A stretch of 48,944 nucleotides of DNA from Planctomycetes bacterium GWC2_45_44 (GTDB lineage Bacteria; Planctomycetota; Phycisphaerae; Sedimentisphaerales; UBA12454), in assembly GCA_001824555.1 (NCBI GenBank), contig MHXU01000100.1, forward strand, positions 1-48,944, written 5' to 3'. The notes beneath the pieces were generated by a model. That model worked only from the letters and a program-made list of their open reading frames with translations, made no database searches and had not been told where the DNA came from. Shown in pieces: positions 46,364-48,944 of this stretch. The position numbers were made by a program, and so were the translations under genes. Positions within the stretch are counted from its first letter, which is position 1, and each line of letters begins with the position of its first letter.

Positions 46364-48944
46364 ATGCCAAAACGAACAGACATCAAAAAAATTATGCTCA
46401 TAGGTTCAGGCCCGATTGTAATCGGTCAGGGCTGCGAATTCGACTATTCCGGCGCACAGGCCTGCAAAGCCCTCAAAAACGAAGGCTACGAAGTAATCCT
46501 GGTCAACAGCAACCCTGCCACAATTATGACCGACCCGGAACTTGCCGACCGAACATACATCGAACCGATTACGCCCGAAATGGTCGAAAAAATTATTATA
46601 GCCGAAAGACCCGATTGCATTTTGCCGACGCTCGGCGGACAAACCGGCCTCAATACCGCTGTCGCCCTTGCCGAAAGCGGCGTATTGGAAAAATACGGCG
46701 TAAAACTCATCGGAGCTAATTTAGAGACTATCAAAAAAGCGGAAGAACGCGACCGCTTCAAAAAAATTATTCAGGATATCGGCCTTGAAGTCCCGAAAAG
46801 CGGCTACGCGCACACCTGGCCTGAAGCGCAGAAAATTATCGAAGAAATAGGTTTCCCCGCAATCATTCGCGCTTCATACACACTCGGCGGAACGGGCGGC
46901 AACATCGCTTACAACGCCGAAGAATACAAGGAATTTATACACTGGGGTTTGGGCTTGAGTCCGACCAGTCAGGTGCTTATCGAAGAATCGGTGCTCGGCT
47001 GGAAAGAATACGAGCTTGAGGTAATGCGAGACAGAAAAGACAACGTCGTCATCGTCTGCTCAATCGAAAATCTCGACCCAATGGGCATTCACACCGGCGA
47101 CAGTATTACAGTCGCCCCCGCTCAAACCCTCACCGATAAAGAATACCAGACGATGCGCGATGCCTCGCTCAAAATCATCCGCGCTATCGGCGTTGAGACC
47201 GGCGGCTCGAATATCCAGTTCTCCGTCAACCCCGAAAACGGCAAAATGTACGTCATCGAAATGAACCCGCGCGTCTCGCGAAGTTCGGCGCTCGCATCAA
47301 AAGCGACCGGCTTTCCAATCGCCAAAATCGCTTCTCTTTTAGCCGTCGGATATACGCTCGACGAAATCACAAACGATATTACAAAGAAAACACCTGCCTG
47401 TTTTGAACCGACAATCGACTATTGCGTAGTCAAGTGGCCGCGATTTACTTTTGAAAAATTCCCAGCCACAAACCCGGAACTCACCGTCCAGATGAAAAGC
47501 GTCGGCGAAGCTATGGCAATCGGCAGAACTTTCAAAGAAGCCTTCCAAAAAGCCATTCGCTCGCTTGAAATCGACCGCCATTCTTTAGACAGCAAACACA
47601 TTAACGCATCCATCAGCAATGATGAGCTTAAACAGATTTTACGAAAAACTCGCTGGGACAGGCTCTGGTATATCGCAGAAGCGATGAGAAGAAAGTTTTC
47701 TATTAAAGAAATTTTCGACCTTACAAAAATCGACCCCTGGTTTCTCGAAAACATAAAACAAATTGTCTCCTTTGAGAGCAAATTGAGCATCAAAAATCTC
47801 AAACAGGCAAAAAAACTCGGCTTCAGCGATAAATATATCGCTTCAAAATTGAACACAACCGAACCCGAACTGCGAAAGCAGCGATTGGCAGCCGGCATTT
47901 CGGCGGTCTATAAAATGGTCGATACCTGCGGTGCCGAATTTGAGGCAAACACGCCATATCTCTACTCAACTTATGAAGACCAGTGCGAATCAAATCCGAC
48001 AACTCGTAAAAAAGTTATCATTCTCGGCGGCGGCCCCAACCGAATCGGCCAGGGCATTGAATTTGATTACTGCTGCTGCCACGCCGCGTTCGCACTGAAA
48101 GAAATCGGCATTGAATCAATAATGGTCAACTGCAACCCTGAAACCGTCAGCACAGATTACGACACTTCCGACAGGTTATATTTTGAGCCGCTCACCTTTG
48201 AAGATGTGATGAACATCGTTGATATCGAAAAACCCGACGGCGTTATCGTCCAGTTTGGCGGACAAACGCCGCTCAAACTGGCCAACGCGCTGGCCGCGGC
48301 AGGCGTGAAAATCATTGGCACAAGCCCCGAAAGCATCAACGCCGCAGAAGACAGAAAGCTGTTCAATAAAATCGTTGAAAAGCTTAAACTCAATCAGCCG
48401 CCAAGCGGAACAGCGATGAATTATGAGCAAACACTCAAAATCGCCAAAAAGCTCGGCTACCCCCTGCTCATCAGGCCTTCGTTCGTTCTCGGCGGACGAG
48501 CTATGCAAATCGTCTATGACGAAAGTGAATTGCGAACCTGCGTCGAAAACGCTCTGGCCGTTTCCGAAGAACACCCGATATTGATTGATAAATTTCTCGA
48601 CGATGCCGCCGAGCTGGACGTTGACGCAATCAGCGACGGCAAAACCGTTGTCATCGGCGGAATTATGGAACACGTCGAAGAAGCGGGTATCCACTCCGGC
48701 GACAGCGCCTGCTGCCTGCCGCCATTTTCATTAAGCCCCGTTCTGATTGAAGAAATCAAACGCCAGACAAAACTCCTCGCTCTTGAATTAAAAGTAAAAG
48801 GACTGATGAACGTCCAGTTCGCCGTGAAGGACGACAAAATTTATATTCTCGAAGTAAATCCCCGCGCTTCAAGAACCGTGCCATTCGTCAGCAAAGCAAT
48901 CGGCGTTCCGCTTGCGAAACTTGCCGCAAAAGTTATGGCAGGCA
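46364..48944 (+). CDS. carB: carbamoyl-phosphate synthase large subunit, 5' ~860 codons (open at window end, not in the ORF track)
   Basis: The ATG at 46364 gives [37 protein letters not shown]... The second ATP-grasp half begins near 48010 ([22 protein letters not shown]). No stop before 48944. Confidence 0.95.
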   Translation, partial: MPKRTDIKKIMLIGSGPIVIGQGCEFDYSGAQACKALKNEGYEVILVNSNPATIMTDPELADRTYIEPITPEMVEKIIIAERPDCILPTLGGQTGLNTAVALAESGVLEKYGVKLIGANLETIKKAEERDRFKKIIQDIGLEVPKSGYAHTWPEAQKIIEEIGFPAIIRASYTLGGTGGNIAYNAEEYKEFIHWGLGLSPTSQVLIEESVLGWKEYELEVMRDRKDNVVIVCSIENLDPMGIHTGDSITVAPAQTLTDKEYQTMRDASLKIIRAIGVETGGSNIQFSVNPENGKMYVIEMNPRVSRSSALASKATGFPIAKIASLLAVGYTLDEITNDITKKTPACFEPTIDYCVVKWPRFTFEKFPATNPELTVQMKSVGEAMAIGRTFKEAFQKAIRSLEIDRHSLDSKHINASISNDELKQILRKTRWDRLWYIAEAMRRKFSIKEIFDLTKIDPWFLENIKQIVSFESKLSIKNLKQAKKLGFSDKYIASKLNTTEPELRKQRLAAGISAVYKMVDTCGAEFEANTPYLYSTYEDQCESNPTTRKKVIILGGGPNRIGQGIEFDYCCCHAAFALKEIGIESIMVNCNPETVSTDYDTSDRLYFEPLTFEDVMNIVDIEKPDGVIVQFGGQTPLKLANALAAAGVKIIGTSPESINAAEDRKLFNKIVEKLKLNQPPSGTAMNYEQTLKIAKKLGYPLLIRPSFVLGGRAMQIVYDESELRTCVENALAVSEEHPILIDKFLDDAAELDVDAISDGKTVVIGGIMEHVEEAGIHSGDSACCLPPFSLSPVLIEEIKRQTKLLALELKVKGLMNVQFAVKDDKIYILEVNPRASRTVPFVSKAIGVPLAKLAAKVMAG

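Overview
48.9-kb chromosomal window, probably from a PVC-group bacterium (Planctomycetota/Phycisphaerae-like). That guess is tentative and rests on a prepilin-type DUF1559-like gene, a giant fused SecDF, a type III glutamine synthetase and the style of the intergenic repeats. Layout: (1) 1-8.1 kb is housekeeping: tgt-yajC-secDF on the minus strand, a fused homocysteine-methyltransferase/MTHFR gene, and greA. (2) 8.1-13.7 kb is an accessory patch: an 873-bp gene-free array of GC-rich hairpin modules, an AT-rich island with a DUF2971 protein and a secreted S1 protease with an unassigned C-terminal half, and an intact IS4-family IS with an 8-bp target duplication. (3) comEC, a short mgtC-like gene and a complete F1Fo operon (atpZ-B-E-F-H-A, a 170-bp repeat insert, then G-D-C). 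(4) An ECF sigma gene, a putative anti-sigma gene, a prepilin-like gene and a DUF456-like gene. (5) A repeat-flanked two-gene cassette (27.8-30.1 kb): a beta-class DNA methyltransferase fused to an Mrr-like PD-(D/E)xK module, followed by an FRG-domain protein. This is my best candidate for an undescribed defence-type system. (6) An 18-kb nitrogen/glutamine cluster: lipoprotein-type acetolactate decarboxylase, TorF-like porin, amt-glnK, amt-glnK, glnN (GSIII), gltB-gltD-nadE-carB (carB is open at the window end and absent from the ORF track). It has three textbook sigma54 -24/-12 promoters, each preceded by TAC-N6-GTA palindromes. Intergenic DNA is filled with a modular, nested hairpin-repeat system plus several longer dispersed repeats. 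I recognised no rRNA, tRNA or CRISPR array. All domain calls come from reading motifs by eye; no searches were run.
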